Below, one piece after another: positions 50,222 to 63,472 of a stretch of 64,000 nt of DNA (position 1 is the first letter of the stretch; every line of letters begins with the position of its first letter). The position numbers and the translations under genes were made by a program. This DNA comes from Eledone cirrhosa. Its lineage: Eukaryota. Location: assembly GCA_964016885.1 (NCBI GenBank), contig OZ024746.1, positions 85,436,001 through 85,500,000 of the forward strand, given 5' to 3'. The notes beneath the pieces were generated by a model. It was not told the DNA's origin. It saw nothing but the letters and a program-made list of their open reading frames with translations, and ran no database searches.

Positions 50222-51860
50222 GTAAGTCACCTTCAACTTTTATAACATAAACAATAAACGAGCACAGTGTTTATCTTCATGCATATTATTTATTATGTTA
50301 ATTTATATTTAAATATAATCATTTTCTGACAATACAAACATTGAAATAGATCTTTAAGGTAGATATAGTTTAAATTCTTGGTATATTTTTTGTTTTGATG
50401 AATTTTGTATAATTTATTTCGTAATTTCCGATATTCACAATGTCATGATCAATGCATAATAAATTAAAACGTGTTATGCCTTGTAGCGATCAGCAAAGCC
50501 ATTAAAAAAATCCACTTGCCCGTTTTTAAACGTGATGGCAGTTGATTCTATTTGAACAAAAAATTATGAGCATCGAAATCAGACTGAAGAATAGATATGA
50601 TTTTTTTTATATGAATTAACAACTACTTATGCCCATATAATTTACATCTCTCAGAACATTTAAGGTATTGTTGTAAAGTGTAAAAAATTATACGTGGAAG
50701 CGGGAAAAGAAAATTGATTGGCAGTATCGGTAGAGAGTCGGACGCCATGCTTTCCAGCATAGTTACGTCCCTTTACTATCTGAGTTCAAATCCCGCCGAG
50801 GTTAACTTTGCCTTTCATCCTTACGGGGTCGATAGAATAAAGTACCAGTAATGCACTGGGAAATTGCTGGCCTTGTCCCCAAAGTAGAAACAATTATTTA
50901 ATACTGGGAGAAATGTGCTAATTAGATATCTTATCCCTGAGAGGATCGTGGAGACAGTCCTTAGACACTCCTTCCAGCTGTTCCGGGTGGATCCCCAAGC
51001 GTGATCAGCTAAGCTCATGGATGTTATCAAACCATCTTGCTATTTGTCTCCTGCTAATTAGAAATGAATTTTAAAATTTTGTTAAAGAAATGCTGCACTT
51101 GGAAAAACCACCAGTAGTACCCACCTCAATCGCAGTAGTCTGAAGTAACCCTGTAAAAAGTTTTTAGCATACCATCCAGTATCGTTTTCGTAATAACATT
51201 AACCAGGATAATGTCAGCCCTTCTATGCGAAAGAAAAAATGTACACATGTATTAAGATGTCTGAGAAACAAACCTGTGAGAGGGAGACATTGTACTGTTA
51301 TGTTATAAAGATCTTCCTTGATTTTTATTTACTCTTGCAGATTGCTATTTTAGATAATGTAAAAATGTTTTAAAAACTAAATAAATGCACACTTTAAGAG
51401 CCTTTTCTCAATCAATTTGAAATTATGGTGTCTAACTGTGCTATAAAAAAAAATTGAGAGATTTTAAAAGTTGCTGGAACGAGTAATATCAGTTCTCAGA
51501 TTTTAATAAACTCTCTGACATTTAAATTCTACGAATAAGCTAAGTAGCCGGTAAACCACACGTCGCTATAGCGTTTCACCAGCCCCTTCAATCTGTTTAT
51601 GTACTTAGCGGCTTCGTAGACTCTTCCTATACTCTACTTGAATAAATATAATCCTGCTATTGCTAATCTGTTTAATAACGTACGGACAGTAGTAAGCGAG
51701 ACAAATTTATAAAACTAATAAGAATATTTGAAAATTTATTTCTCTGTAAATTGAATGATTTTTAAGCTTCAGAAGGTAAGAATATATAATCTAAACCACA
51801 AGGAAATACGTAGGCACAAAAGGCAGCCGGTAAAATGATGGTGGCTTTCTTGGGATCCTA

Positions 51861-52257
51861 TACAGGGTGCTGACGATATTTGTTCGCAATTTTCAACTGT
51901 TAATTTTATGCAGTTTTTTTTTTTACTTCCGTTGTCTTCATAAAAACAGTGACTATATTTCGATTATTTATTTTAAGAATAATTGATTATGAATAATTTT
52001 GAACCTCCAAATTGTGGAAAAGACGGAGTTCTTCTTGGAATCCGCGCCGGGAGGCCAAATAAGGAAATTTCAGACTTTCTCAGCGTCAGCAGGAGAATGG
52101 TGGAAAAGGTTAGAAAGGAATTGGAAGATTCAGGATTCGACTACGAAGCAACATCAGAGAGGAAAACACATGATTGACGATCTGACGCCATCAGAACGCC
52201 CGACTTCGTCGCTGAAGTTCAAGATACCATCAACAATGAACCTAGCAAGTCGATGCT
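51861..52257 (+). mobile_element. Truncated Tc1/mariner (maT-like) element, 5' part
   Basis: Starts TACAGGGTG; encodes GIRAGRPNKEISDFLSVSRRMVEKVRKELE...RSDAIRTPDFV. Absent from the duplicate segment near 53120. Confidence 0.7.
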
Positions 52258-52372
52258 ACGTTTCATACAAGATGAGAAACAGCTGAATCATATGTTGAGA
52301 CGTAAATGTTCAATATAATCATAATATACACCGAAAATAAATTGTAATTTAAAGGAAGGCCACATCCTATTG

Positions 52373-52440
52373 TACTAATTGTGATGAATATCGCCTTCGT
52401 CTGAATTGTTTTGACTCAATCGTTATAACTGATTTTAGTG
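52373..52440 (+). pseudogene. SNORD31: Degenerate U31/SNORD31 copy
   Basis: Boxes C, D' and D retained, but the guide is mutated to TATCGCCTTCGT. Confidence 0.75.
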
Positions 52441-53352
52441 CATTTGTTAAACATTGTTGCTATGGCCTCTTTTGTATACTGAATGCGATATACATATTTA
52501 TCTAAAACAGCTTTCTTGGATTCGACAATGAAAGTTTAGAAAGTGCTATCATTAGTTTCAAATATTGCAGTATCTACTAGTCGATTTTTTTCGACTTTGT
52601 GAGGGGTGTTTAGGTATATATGCTTATTCACAGCCTTAAAATCTGTGCTGGAATAAATATAATCATGCTATTGCTAATTTGTTTAATAACATACAGATAG
52701 TAGTAAGCGAGACAAATTTATAAAACAGTGATAGAATATTTGAAAATTTATTTCTCTGTAAATTGAAAAAAATAACTTCTTTTAATTGGTTTTCAAGCTC
52801 AGTCGTGCTTTCTTCAGAAGGTATGTATATGATCTAAACCACAAGGAAATCGCTTAACCCTCTAGTATTTAAACCGGCTGTATCCAGCCAGAATTCTCTC
52901 ATTTAATTCTGTTCAAACTGGCCATAACCGGCTGCTCATACTTATGTTAAGGTATTGTTCACAAAATTAATATCAAAATCTCATAGATTCAATATTATGT
53001 AAGATATAGCCTTTACTGCGATAATGCAGCAGTATATATAGAGTAATGTAAATGTACTATTAGGTTTTCAGAGGTTCGAGGCACAAAAGGCAGCCGGAAA
53101 AATGATGGTGGCTTTCTTGGGATCCTCAAGGAGCGATTCTTATACATTTCTTGCCAAGAGGAGAAACAGCTGAATCATATGTTGAGACGTAGAAAATAAA
53201 TCATTTCAGTTTCTTTTCTCCAATTATTTTTTTTTTATGGAATTGTACAGCAGCTATAAATTCTAAAAATTTATTTTTACTAAATGTAATCAACATAATC
53301 ATAATATACACCGAAAATAAATTGTAATTTAAAGGGAGGCCACATCCTATTG

Positions 53353-53425
53353 TACTAATTGTGATGAATAAGATATCGCCCCAGTCTGAATTGTTTTGAC
53401 TGAATCGATATAACTGATTTTAGTG
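53353..53425 (+). ncRNA. SNORD31: C/D snoRNA U31/SNORD31
   Basis: GTGATGA...TATCGCCCCAGT-CTGA...TGACTGA...CTGA. The guide is complementary to 28S ACUGGGGCGGUA; the +5 rule gives the P-loop G (E. coli G2251 equivalent). Confidence 0.9.
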
Positions 53426-54551
53426 CATTTGTTAGAAACATTGTTGCTATGGCCTCTTTTGTATACTGAAGAACTTCAAATGCGATATACATACAGCTTT
53501 CTTGGGTTCGACAATGAAAGTTTAGAAAGTGCTATCATTAGTTTCAAATATTGCAGTATCTACTGGTCGATTTTTTTCGACTTTGTGAGGTGTGTTTAGG
53601 TATATATGCTTATTCACAGCCTTAAAAATCTGTGCTGTTGATGGTGCTGGAAAACGGGATTGCAGTGGAAATTATTACTTTTAGAACCCATTTAGTACGT
53701 GTTACTATATGGAATATGTGGCTTCTGTCGAGTGAAATATTCTAGTTATTCAAGAAGTTCATGTGATCTTTCATATTATGGTTAGAGGTAAACACAAACA
53801 GGAGCCAGAATATATATTACAAACATGAAATTTTCTATCCAACATTGAATCAACATGCTATTCAAATTACCATGGATTCAGAAGCTTTCAGCTGTTTGTC
53901 TTGAATTACAAGGCAGTTTCAAGATTGTCTCCCCTGATGCTTGTTTTATTTGAGAATAATCTCATGAAGCTTCTGGTTGTTTATAAGATATTTCCCTAAT
54001 ATGAATTGTCTGATAATAATCAATATAACTGGCTTAACCAGGATAACTAGTAACAAAGTATTAATAGTATTTCTTTGTATGCATTACTTTTCAATTTGTA
54101 ATTGGAAAGCTCTATAGGAGAATGTTATAATTAAGCACTTATATGGTTCCTTAAATCCATGTAAATGTTTCAATAGGTGTCTTCTAACTTCATATTCTTT
54201 ACACTCTCCTAGTGTTCTCAATATCTTTCTTGGGAGTCGGTAAGTGCCAGACAAGCACCATTCTATTTATAATAATTCAAAATTTTGCCATGTGTTAATA
54301 CTGGAAATCAGGTTTGCATTCAATATCCAACAATATATGGCTCCTGTTACATCATGTTATTTACTGCCATTCTTGGTTCTAAAGCAAAATTATTTTTCTT
54401 TAACAGTTCTCATCAACCGTTGCTGTCTTTTGTCCACCTAACAGTAAACTGGCCATCTAGTGTGTGACTTTATGGTATGTATTATTTACATCTTGAGGTG
54501 CCCTCCCTATTTACTGAAATTGCTGTTGTATAGTATGTAACATTCTACTAT

Positions 54552-54627
54552 TGTACTAATTGTGATGAATTAGATATCGCCCCAGTCTGAATTGTGTGAC
54601 TGAATCGATATAACTGATTTTAGTACA
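54552..54627 (+). ncRNA. SNORD31: C/D snoRNA U31/SNORD31
   Basis: As above, with an 8-bp terminal stem TGTACTAA/TTAGTACA. Confidence 0.92.
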
Positions 54628-55415
54628 TGTTAAATAGGATGTATTACCAGCTGTTTTAGATGTTTTATCACTAGTATGGAAGGGGCTAAGTAGCCGGTAA
54701 CAGTCACCCCATGAATTGTTAAAAAGCAGTTAAAATCATTTATCCATTCTTAACGTACGTTACGCTTTAGTTACAATACACGCATGTGTAAATACATAAA
54801 CAGGAAGGGGCTGGTGAAACGCTATAGCGGTGGGTGTTGCATCCTTTTAGGGTTTACTGGCTACATAGCTTATTCACCCTAGTTTTAATAGTGGTCAGAT
54901 ATATTGTTTGTAATGGTTAGCTGTCTTTATTACTCAAATTACTGTATAAGAAGCAAATAGTCAATTGACTTAAGGCATTGGGAAGACTGATAGGGCCCAG
55001 TTACTTCTAAAACAAATGTGAAACATTTCCTGTAGGGACACTAATTCTTAATATACTATTTGCCCTTATAAACTTTAGATTTAGGGTTAGTGTATTCCTT
55101 TATATTCCTGAAATATTAAAACAAACTATTTTTTCTGTACTGTTTAGAAATGTAATCAGTTTTTTCTAGATAGTTATATTCTTTTATATCCCTTCGAATT
55201 TGGGAGATCTTTATGCCCATGCCAGAACGGAAAGTGGACTAGATTGATACAAATTTAAACTTTTAAAATTGTTTCATTAGCGATCTAATAATTGTATTTT
55301 AGTTTCTATATTTTATTTAACTTGAATTTGCTCCCGTAATCTGAATGACTGAAGTTGCTGTGACAAACTTTTGGGTTGGAAATATTTTCTTCAAATCAAT
55401 GTAATTTCCTATTAC

Positions 55416-55491
55416 TGTACTAACTGTGATGAATAGCATATCGCCCCAGTCTGAATTATCTGAATGAGTCGATATAACTGACCTTAGTACA
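55416..55491 (+). ncRNA. SNORD31: C/D snoRNA U31/SNORD31
   Basis: Boxes, guide and stem intact. Confidence 0.9.
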
Positions 55492-56117
55492 TTACTATAG
55501 GAAGTTTTGCCAGCTCTCATCTCATATTGTCACAAGGTATGAATAGTATCGATGAGGCTCACTTCCATATCATTGGAGCTGTAAACAAGCAGAATTATCA
55601 CTAATGTTTGGTGTGGTCGGCCTGTACTTTTTTGAAACAGGGCCACTTGTTCTCACAGCACGGCGTTTGCTTGGAGTGTTGAGGGAAATATGTTTCCTGG
55701 TCGTATCTCTTGTAGGGGTGGCTGGCAAGGTCACCAGATATTAAACCGGCCAGAATTTTCATATTGATGTTAATTAAGGTATTCTAAAAATGAATAACAT
55801 CAAAATCTCATTGGTTCGATATTATGTGAGGTAAAGCCTTTACTGTGAAAATATAATAGTATATATAGAGTAATGTAAATGCTAAAGGGTTAAGCCCTTC
55901 ACTTATTGGATATCTAAAGAAGGTTTTCCAACATGATACTCAAACTTTTGATGAAAGGATCAGAGAGGCATGGAGAATTAAAGTTTTAAAATTGTTTCAT
56001 TAGAGGCCTAATATTTATATTCTAGTTTCTATATTTTATTTATCTTGATGACTGAAATTGCTGTGACAACTTTTGGGTTGGAAATATTTTCTTCAAATCA
56101 ATGTAATTTCCTATTAC

Positions 56118-56193
56118 TGTACTAACTGTGATGAATAGCATATCGCCCCAGTCTGAATTATCTGAATGAGTCGATATAACTGACCTTAGTACA
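56118..56193 (+). ncRNA. SNORD31: C/D snoRNA U31/SNORD31
   Basis: Identical to the 55416 copy. Confidence 0.9.
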
Positions 56194-57016
56194 TTACTAT
56201 AGGAAGTTTTGCCAGCTCTCATCTCGTATTGTCACAAGGTATGAATATAGTATTTGGCTGATTCATTGAGTTTATTGTAATTGGAAAGCTGTTTTGAAGT
56301 ATTTTAGTAATTTTGTTTGTGTTTAGATGTCCAGTCTTTAGTTATTTGCATTTTAGCCCTTTAGCAATTTCATTACTCTATATTTACTATTGTATATTTG
56401 CAGTTACGGCTTTATCTCACATAATATCGGGTCTATGATGTGATATCAACTTCTAGTCCGAAGAGGTTATTGTTTCATTAAGTGTAATATGGTTGTGTAT
56501 ATGCTGATACAAAATATTAAAATAAGTGATTTATGAATCGTTTATTTAGATATAATTTTACTAAATGTGATGAATATGTCATTAATTTAGTACTTGGTAA
56601 AATTTTAATTTGGTTATAACATTTTAGATTGTGTTAAATTCCTCTCTAAATTTAATGTCAATCAAATAATTATCTGCCAATGTTAATCATTCAGTATTTG
56701 TTTCTAAAGCAGATTCTTTTTCTTATATACAGTAGATTGGAACTCAACTGTTTAATGGCTAAAATTTGTTTAGCTTCATTCCTTTCCAAACAGCTGTATG
56801 GTTATAAAATTGTCTCTTTCTCTCTTTTTATACTGTACAGTTCTCATCAATTGTTGCTGTCCTTTGGCCATCTTGGATATAAAGCAGCAGGGAGTATTTT
56901 TATTAATTTATTGAAGTTGCTGTTGTATTAATACAGCTTAAAGCTAGTAGCAGGTTTGTGTGTTCAAAATATCCTTATAAAATTGTTTTATAATTTGATT
57001 TTAAATTACCTACTAT

Positions 57017-57093
57017 TGTACTAATTGTGATGAATTAGATATCGCCCCAGTCTGAATTGTTTTGACTGAATCGATGTAACTGATTTTAGTACA
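57017..57093 (+). ncRNA. SNORD31: C/D snoRNA U31/SNORD31
   Basis: Boxes, guide and stem intact. Confidence 0.92.
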
Positions 57094-57269
57094 TGTTACT
57101 CTAGAAAGTATTAGTAGCTGCTATAGTTATTAGTATATGGTCTCATATTAACATGCCAAGTCTTTTCCAGGTTGAAGGTTCGGGCTGCTACAGCACTTTT
57201 AACATTACACCCCTCATACCTGTCTTGTCACGGCTGACTGGTTCCACAATGCAGTTGGGACTACTTGGA

Positions 57270-57600
57270 TACTCAAGATGCAATAAAGTTTTATGTTAAG
57301 CTTGGCAAAAATGCTGCAGAAACCTGTGAAATGGTCAAAACTGCTAACATTCATAAGCTGTGGCTCAGGGCACTGCACAGTCGTTCATGATGATCTGAAC
57401 ATGCCCAAGTTTGTTCCCAAGGCAGAGGCACATTGAAGACAGCATGGAGATGGTCAAGTGGTTCACTTTGAATCTCTTGTAACCTATGACGAGACCATGG
57501 TCTACTGTTATGATCCAAAGATCCTAGAAGGCGGGTCCTCTGGGAAGCTCATGGTGGTCCAATTCTTTGACAGCAAGGGCATCTACATTGACTGGGTCTC
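57270..57600 (+). mobile_element. Heavily deleted mariner relic
   Basis: Fragments AIKFYVKLGKNAAETCEMVKTA, LVTYDETMVYCYDP and KLMVVQFFDSKGI. Confidence 0.7.
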
Positions 57601-58708
57601 TGTTGTAGCTATAAGAACTATTTAAATGTCATGGTTTTTTGTAGAGGCAGTCAAGCTGTGAATATCTACATCACACTTTTACTGGCCTAAACTGCCAGTA
57701 CTATTTTCAATATATTTTACTGTTTTTTATAAAATTGTAAAAGGATTAAATAAAGTTTATCTCCTCATCAAATTTGTTTTCTTTACTTTGTCCAGACCAG
57801 TGTTTTATAATATAAGCTCAATATTACCTCTTGACATTACAATAGGGAGTGGAGCACCATTCCCTGCAAACAATATGCCATATTACATCTGTAGATCTGG
57901 TGGTGAAAAGGTTTTGTGGGTTCCAAATTCTACACCCGTCACTATCAGACTTATTGTAAACTATTTGGTTCACTGCTCCTGTTGAATATGACATCTCTAA
58001 TATCTTCACTAAGGACGTGGTCCAATGCTTTTGTCATAAAATTGGCATTTAAAAACTATTACTACCAAACATATTCCTCAACATCTGTTAATCTCTCTAA
58101 AATGCATCAGATTTATATACTGTATGTATGAATTACTTTTTATTTAAAGATTAACTGCTATGAAATGCACTGGAGATCCAGAGAGTTACTCCAGCTAGAG
58201 CTGTTTCTCTGAATTGAGATATTACGGACATGTTAGAATGTCTGCTGGGCAGATTTTACAGGCAAAGCCAACTGGCAGGGTACCCTGTGGTAGACCTCAG
58301 ACAAGATGGGTTAGATAACGTCCATGAGTTTGGCTGGAGACAGTTGCTTCTGACCCCAGGAATAAGTGAGGGAAGGGGATGTCAACTGCTTCAAAGCATT
58401 CAGATGTTTGCTGAGTTATATTATTGCAGCTTCTAACTCCTTATGCTCTTTTTGAATGCCAACTTTTTAGACATCTCCATTTCTATTCACTCCAATCTCA
58501 GAATATTCAGTGACACTTTGTGTATAAAATTAATTTGATGTTGACACAACTGGAAAGGCCATATCTACTTTGTTGTTCTCTAACTTTAAGAAGACTGCAA
58601 AGATTAAAATGTACAAGGAGTTATTGGGGTATGAATTAGCTAAGGTCACTAGAAACAAAGCTGTTGCACCTAAAAGGGTTTGATTAAAAGTTACCACTTT
58701 CTGATGTA

Positions 58709-58894
58709 TTAACCACTTATCATTTAAACTGGCCTCTTTCTGTTCAAAGCCTTAACTGGCTGCTCATACTTATAAAATATTGTTCTCAGAGTAGATAACA
58801 TCAAAATTTCGTAGATTCGATAATCATGTAAGGTAAAGCCTTTATTACCACACAATAGTATATATATAGAGTAATGTAAATGCTAAAGGGTTAA
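58709..58894. mobile_element. piggyBac-type MITE copy (reverse orientation)
   Basis: Ends GTAAATGCTAAAGGG-TTAA; internal similarity to 402-582. Confidence 0.7.
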
Positions 58895-61167
58895 ATATAA
58901 CATTTTTGTTTATTAATATGAACAGGCACTTTTCAAAATTACTTTTTCGTCGAGCCTCAGAATTATTTAAATTTTAATATCACTATAAAATGAATTACAC
59001 CATGTAACGAAAAAAAATTTTTTTCTCTGTTCCTGGCTTGTAATCACTTTTTTGTGTTGCTGAGGTCCCAAACTTCTGATTAAATAATAGCGTTTTTTTT
59101 ATAATAATGGGATATAACAATTCCACTTAGAACCGGGGAACAAAAAATATGTTACACGGTGTTATTAGTTAATATTCAACTGCCTATATAGAAGAATAGT
59201 GTACATAGGGCTCTTTTTTTTTTTTTATCTATCTATTCTACAGAAGCCCTTTGTGCTTTCAATAAAACAATACCACTATTATGTGTAATGGTTGAAAGTG
59301 AACTACACCTGTTTAACAAGGTGATGGGAGTCTTGAAACCACTCTTCAATTTCTTTCTCTATGAACACTGGTGGTTTTAATTTTATGTTTACGGCTAGAG
59401 ATTGAAACAGTCAACTTTTTTTACCCTTGCTTCCAACATCTCAACTATAATGGAAACACAGTGATTGTGGAGCCAAGGCATATAAATATTCTCCTTATGA
59501 ACTTCAATGAAGCCAATGCATTTGCATTTATTAGAAGAGTCTTGGATCATATTCAACATGAAAATCTTGCTACATTGCCCACCTATTATTTACATCTATC
59601 TCTATTCCCTTCGTTAGAGTATAAGGAACTCTAGAGCCCCTTATACTCTGGCAGACTACCATTGTATATGTATTAACAGGTCTTTCAAAGGAAACTTCTA
59701 TTAACTATGGTGTGTTATGTATCTGACATCTTTTATGTACATTATACTGCTGTCACTTATTTACATGTTAAAAGCACCCTTCAGTGAGAACATTTGAACA
59801 GCACTCACATTATCACTGTTTAACATTCATTTTTCCATGCTAGCATGGGTTAGGCGAGTTGTCTTGTGAGAAATGCCATGTCTTGCTCATGCAGAACTTC
59901 TTTTAGCTTGGTTTTTACAGTGAGTACTGGGTGCTTTTTGTCGTGACACCTACACAAGTGTGGGCTAGGGACTTAGATTGCTGCTTGGTCTGTGGATCAT
60001 GACGCCAAGTTTCATACCATGGTGACTAAACGAGCAATAAAATCAGTCCAGCATCACTAATGATGTATCCTAAGAAGTACAATAAAAAGGAAATTTACCG
60101 AAAGTAAAAAACAGAATTATGGAAAATTGTAACTGGTGGAGTCATGCCCCTCCACATCTCACTTATGGCTTGTGCCTCTTCTCTAGGACATAATGGCCCT
60201 TTTGAGTCCTTGAGTTGGTGAGCCCTGTTCTATATTCAGCTGTAAATACCCCCACTCAATTCTTCCATAGAACTTCACTTGTAATTTCTTCATGCCCAAA
60301 TTTTCTCCTGAATGTTAGTGTGGGTGGGTTTGCAAATGTCATGGATACTGCCTCTATTTCTCTATCTTAAAACCAAAAATACCATCCCCAATAACATCAG
60401 TATCACTTGCTGTCATCACCTCTTCCATCTTCTGCCACCGCTCCACAAAAGCACACCATCACTGATTATTACAAATGTAAAATTCTGCCAACTTTATTAC
60501 TATCATATCATAATTATCATGATCAACACAACTTGACAATTATTACTGCACTCTAGACATATTCATAAAAAATGTCTAACTAGTAGCAAATGTCACAGCT
60601 AGCAGCTGTGTAAATATAACTAAAATGCTTTGTCCACTTTGTTAATATGTATACACACTGTTAGAGTGCCAGCTGTGATTAAAATTATTCTACAATAATA
60701 ATTCAAGTATATGATGAGAATATATATCAATTAGGAGAGATCCCAGCAAAAATTATGGGGAAGGGAGAGTTTTTTGGTGGCTTTATTTTTCACTTTCTAT
60801 AAAATACAAAAGTGTTTTACACTTTCATGTATATATATATATAGTTTAATCCCAGGTCAGACCTATGAGTAAAAGCGTCCCAACTGGGACTTGTTTATTT
60901 TATTTTTTGATTAAAGACCTGTTATAGACATGTCTACAGGATTGGCAGTCATGAGAGTGTCAGACAAATGCTTAGCAGTATTTATTCTGGCTTTTTACTT
61001 TCTGAGTTCAAATTACACTATGGTCAACTTTGCTTTTATCCTTCCAGGGTTGATAACATTTAGTATTAGCATAATGCTGCCCTTGTGCCTGAATTAGAAA
61101 TTATTATTAGCAAGGGAAGCAATCATGTAGAGGCCTTTTTGTATGTAAATTCAGTCGTGGTTATTGT

Positions 61168-61362
61168 TTAACCCTTTAGTATTTACATTATATTTACTAT
61201 TGTATTTTCACAGTAAATACTTTACCTTACGTAATTTTCTCACATAATATTGAATCCATGGGATTTTGATATTTATTTTGAGAACAATACACGGCTGGTT
61301 TGAACAGAAAACGGTGAGATAATTCTGGCTGGATATAGCCGGTTTAAATGCTATTGGGTTAA
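61168..61362. mobile_element. piggyBac-type MITE copy
   Basis: TTAA-CCCTTTAGTATTTA ... TAAATGCTATTGGG-TTAA. Confidence 0.75.
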
Positions 61363-61644
61363 CCCCAGGTCTTCTCTAATTGAATACATAGGGTTTTAAA
61401 TATTCCAGCTGTAACCATCCTGTCTTATTCAAAAGGAACTATATTGTCTAATGTGTCATTTCTTTGTTGATAGTGTGAAGGAATTTAGCTGTTATTTTAT
61501 GCCGATTGTTTACTAAGCATACAACTATACCCAAAATTATATATAGTATTGAAAGAAATTCATATTTTGCTTCTGATTATTTGATCCTAGTTAGCTGTTA
61601 TGTGATGAAAGGTATCCATCCATTAGTGGACTATCAGCACTCAT

Positions 61645-62375
61645 TCATCATTTGTTTAACCCCATCGCTCTCTGGAGCATAGGCCATTGATGACCTATCA
61701 TTGTACACGATCCTGGGCTGCTCTCACCACTCCACTCCAGTTTTCTCAACTCAGTGTCACACCTCCAACTGCTGTGGGGCCTGCCTCTCATCCTCTTACC
61801 TGGGTTCTAGGTCAGTGCTTGATGTGTGGTGTTGGATGCTGGTTTCCTCAGGGTATGCCCAACACAGCTCCACTTCCTCTGCTGAATCTGCTTTGCCACT
61901 GGTCCCTGTTCCACTCGCTTCCACAGATATTTGTTTCTGATCTTCTCCAGTCATTTGGTGTTGTAGATGCGCCTCAAACAGGTGTTGAAGAATGTCTGGA
62001 TCTTCTACTGCACCTCCAAGTTTCACAGCAGTACCGCCCTTCACGTTGGAGTTGAAGATGGAAAGTTTAGTTCTTGGGCAGATCTCTTTTGATGCCTAGA
62101 TGTTCCTTAGCATGATGAAAGCTGCTCTTGCTTTGTTAATCCTGGCTGTGACATTTCGGTCGGTTCTCCTATGTTGATCAACCACACTTCCCAGGTAGGT
62201 AGATTATTCCACCTCTCTGATGGGCTCACAACCGAATGTCATTGGTGTTGACCTTCATCAGCTCAGTTTTTTCTTGTTTATTTTGAGTCATGGTCTCCTG
62301 TATCTGGTTGTAATTGTGACGAGTGCCAGGTCATCAGCAAAATCAAGGTCATCGAGGGTGTCCACTGTATACCAT
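61645..62375 (-). mobile_element. Degenerate RTE LINE (second family), 3' part
   Basis: Minus translation LDDLDFADDLAL...YLGSVV...ARINKARAAFIML...KLSIFNSNV; short (TGA)n tail. Confidence 0.8.
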
Positions 62376-62564
62376 TGTTATTTGAACTCACAGTGACACA
62401 TTTAGCCTAACACCCTAACAACTTTGCTAATTTCCCTCTTTGAAGCTGAAAGGAATTGTTGCACAAGGAAGCAATGCTTTGGTAAAAGTTTTCTTACTGC
62501 ACATCAAATAACATTGCATCATCTTCATTTATCATCATTAACAAGACCATTTCAATACTCACAA

Positions 62565-63098
62565 ACACATATGCATGCAAGTGCATATAGATATAGATAT
62601 GCACACATATATGTATATTATATATATGCACAAACACAGATACATACGTATACACACACATATAAAGATATGCACACACCTACAATACACACATATAAAT
62701 GCAGACACAGAGATACAATTATAAATATATATATATACATACAACCCACAGATACATACATGCACTCACATTATATATATATACACACAAACACAAGCAT
62801 ACACTCTATTTAACCACTTACTTGAAACTATAAGGGCTGAACATAAAATTTCATTCTTGAAATTCACTGCAAAAAGGAGAAGATAAAACAAATAAATATA
62901 CTAATCCATTTGTGAGAAAATCTTGAGTACTGTTTTGCTTAATTTTGGTAGATTCCAATGTTAAAGAAAAATAACACACACACATGCACTTCTTATGTAT
63001 ATACAAGTATGTGCATGTATATATTCACATATGTATATACATATATATATATGTATGTATATATATTTATATGAATGTATGTATATATATATATATGT
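62565..63098. repeat. Degenerate (TA)/(CA) microsatellite tracts
   Basis: Directly visible. Confidence 0.85.
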
Positions 63099-63100
63099 AG

Positions 63101-63221
63101 TAGGAAAATGTTTAACCCCGACAGCAGAGCTCAAGCCATTTTGACGGCTATTTCTGGACTCAGTCCAGAAATAGCCGTCAAAACAGCTTGAGCTCTGCCG
63201 TCGGGGTTAAACATTTTCCTA
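63101..63221. repeat. Palindrome, 60-bp arms, 1-nt spacer
   Basis: TAGGAAAATG...TTCTGGACT-C-AGTCCAGAA...CATTTTCCTA with three mismatches. Confidence 0.95.
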
Positions 63222-63373
63222 TTACCCACTCTACTACCCTAAGTATTGAGTACTCTGGTGCGTTAGGGTCCATCTGGTTCCTTACCACACTTCCTTCATT
63301 ATATATATGTGTATATATATATGTATATACATTCTCGGTCCACATACCACAACAAAAATATATCTTTTGTCGC

Positions 63374-63472
63374 ATCACCAGTCTGAGGAGCAGATCGACA
63401 CTGGAGTCCGGTCCATAACTCTTATGGGTCACTTTCAGCCAATCCTCTGTGAAACGAACGTGACAAGTCGAT
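63374..63472 (+). ncRNA. Hammerhead-ribozyme-like motif (type I, probably degenerate)
   Basis: CTGAGGA at 63383, stem II GCAGA/TCTGT, GAAA at 63451, minimal stem III AC-GAAC-GT. Confidence 0.4.

Larger units (their letters stand above)
50171..57800 (+). ncRNA. Putative UHG/SNHG1-like non-coding snoRNA host gene (3' end undefined)
   Basis: Six same-strand U31 copies separated by short ORF-less exon-like segments (e.g. 54405-54474, 55514-55536, 56216-56238). Confidence 0.55.
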
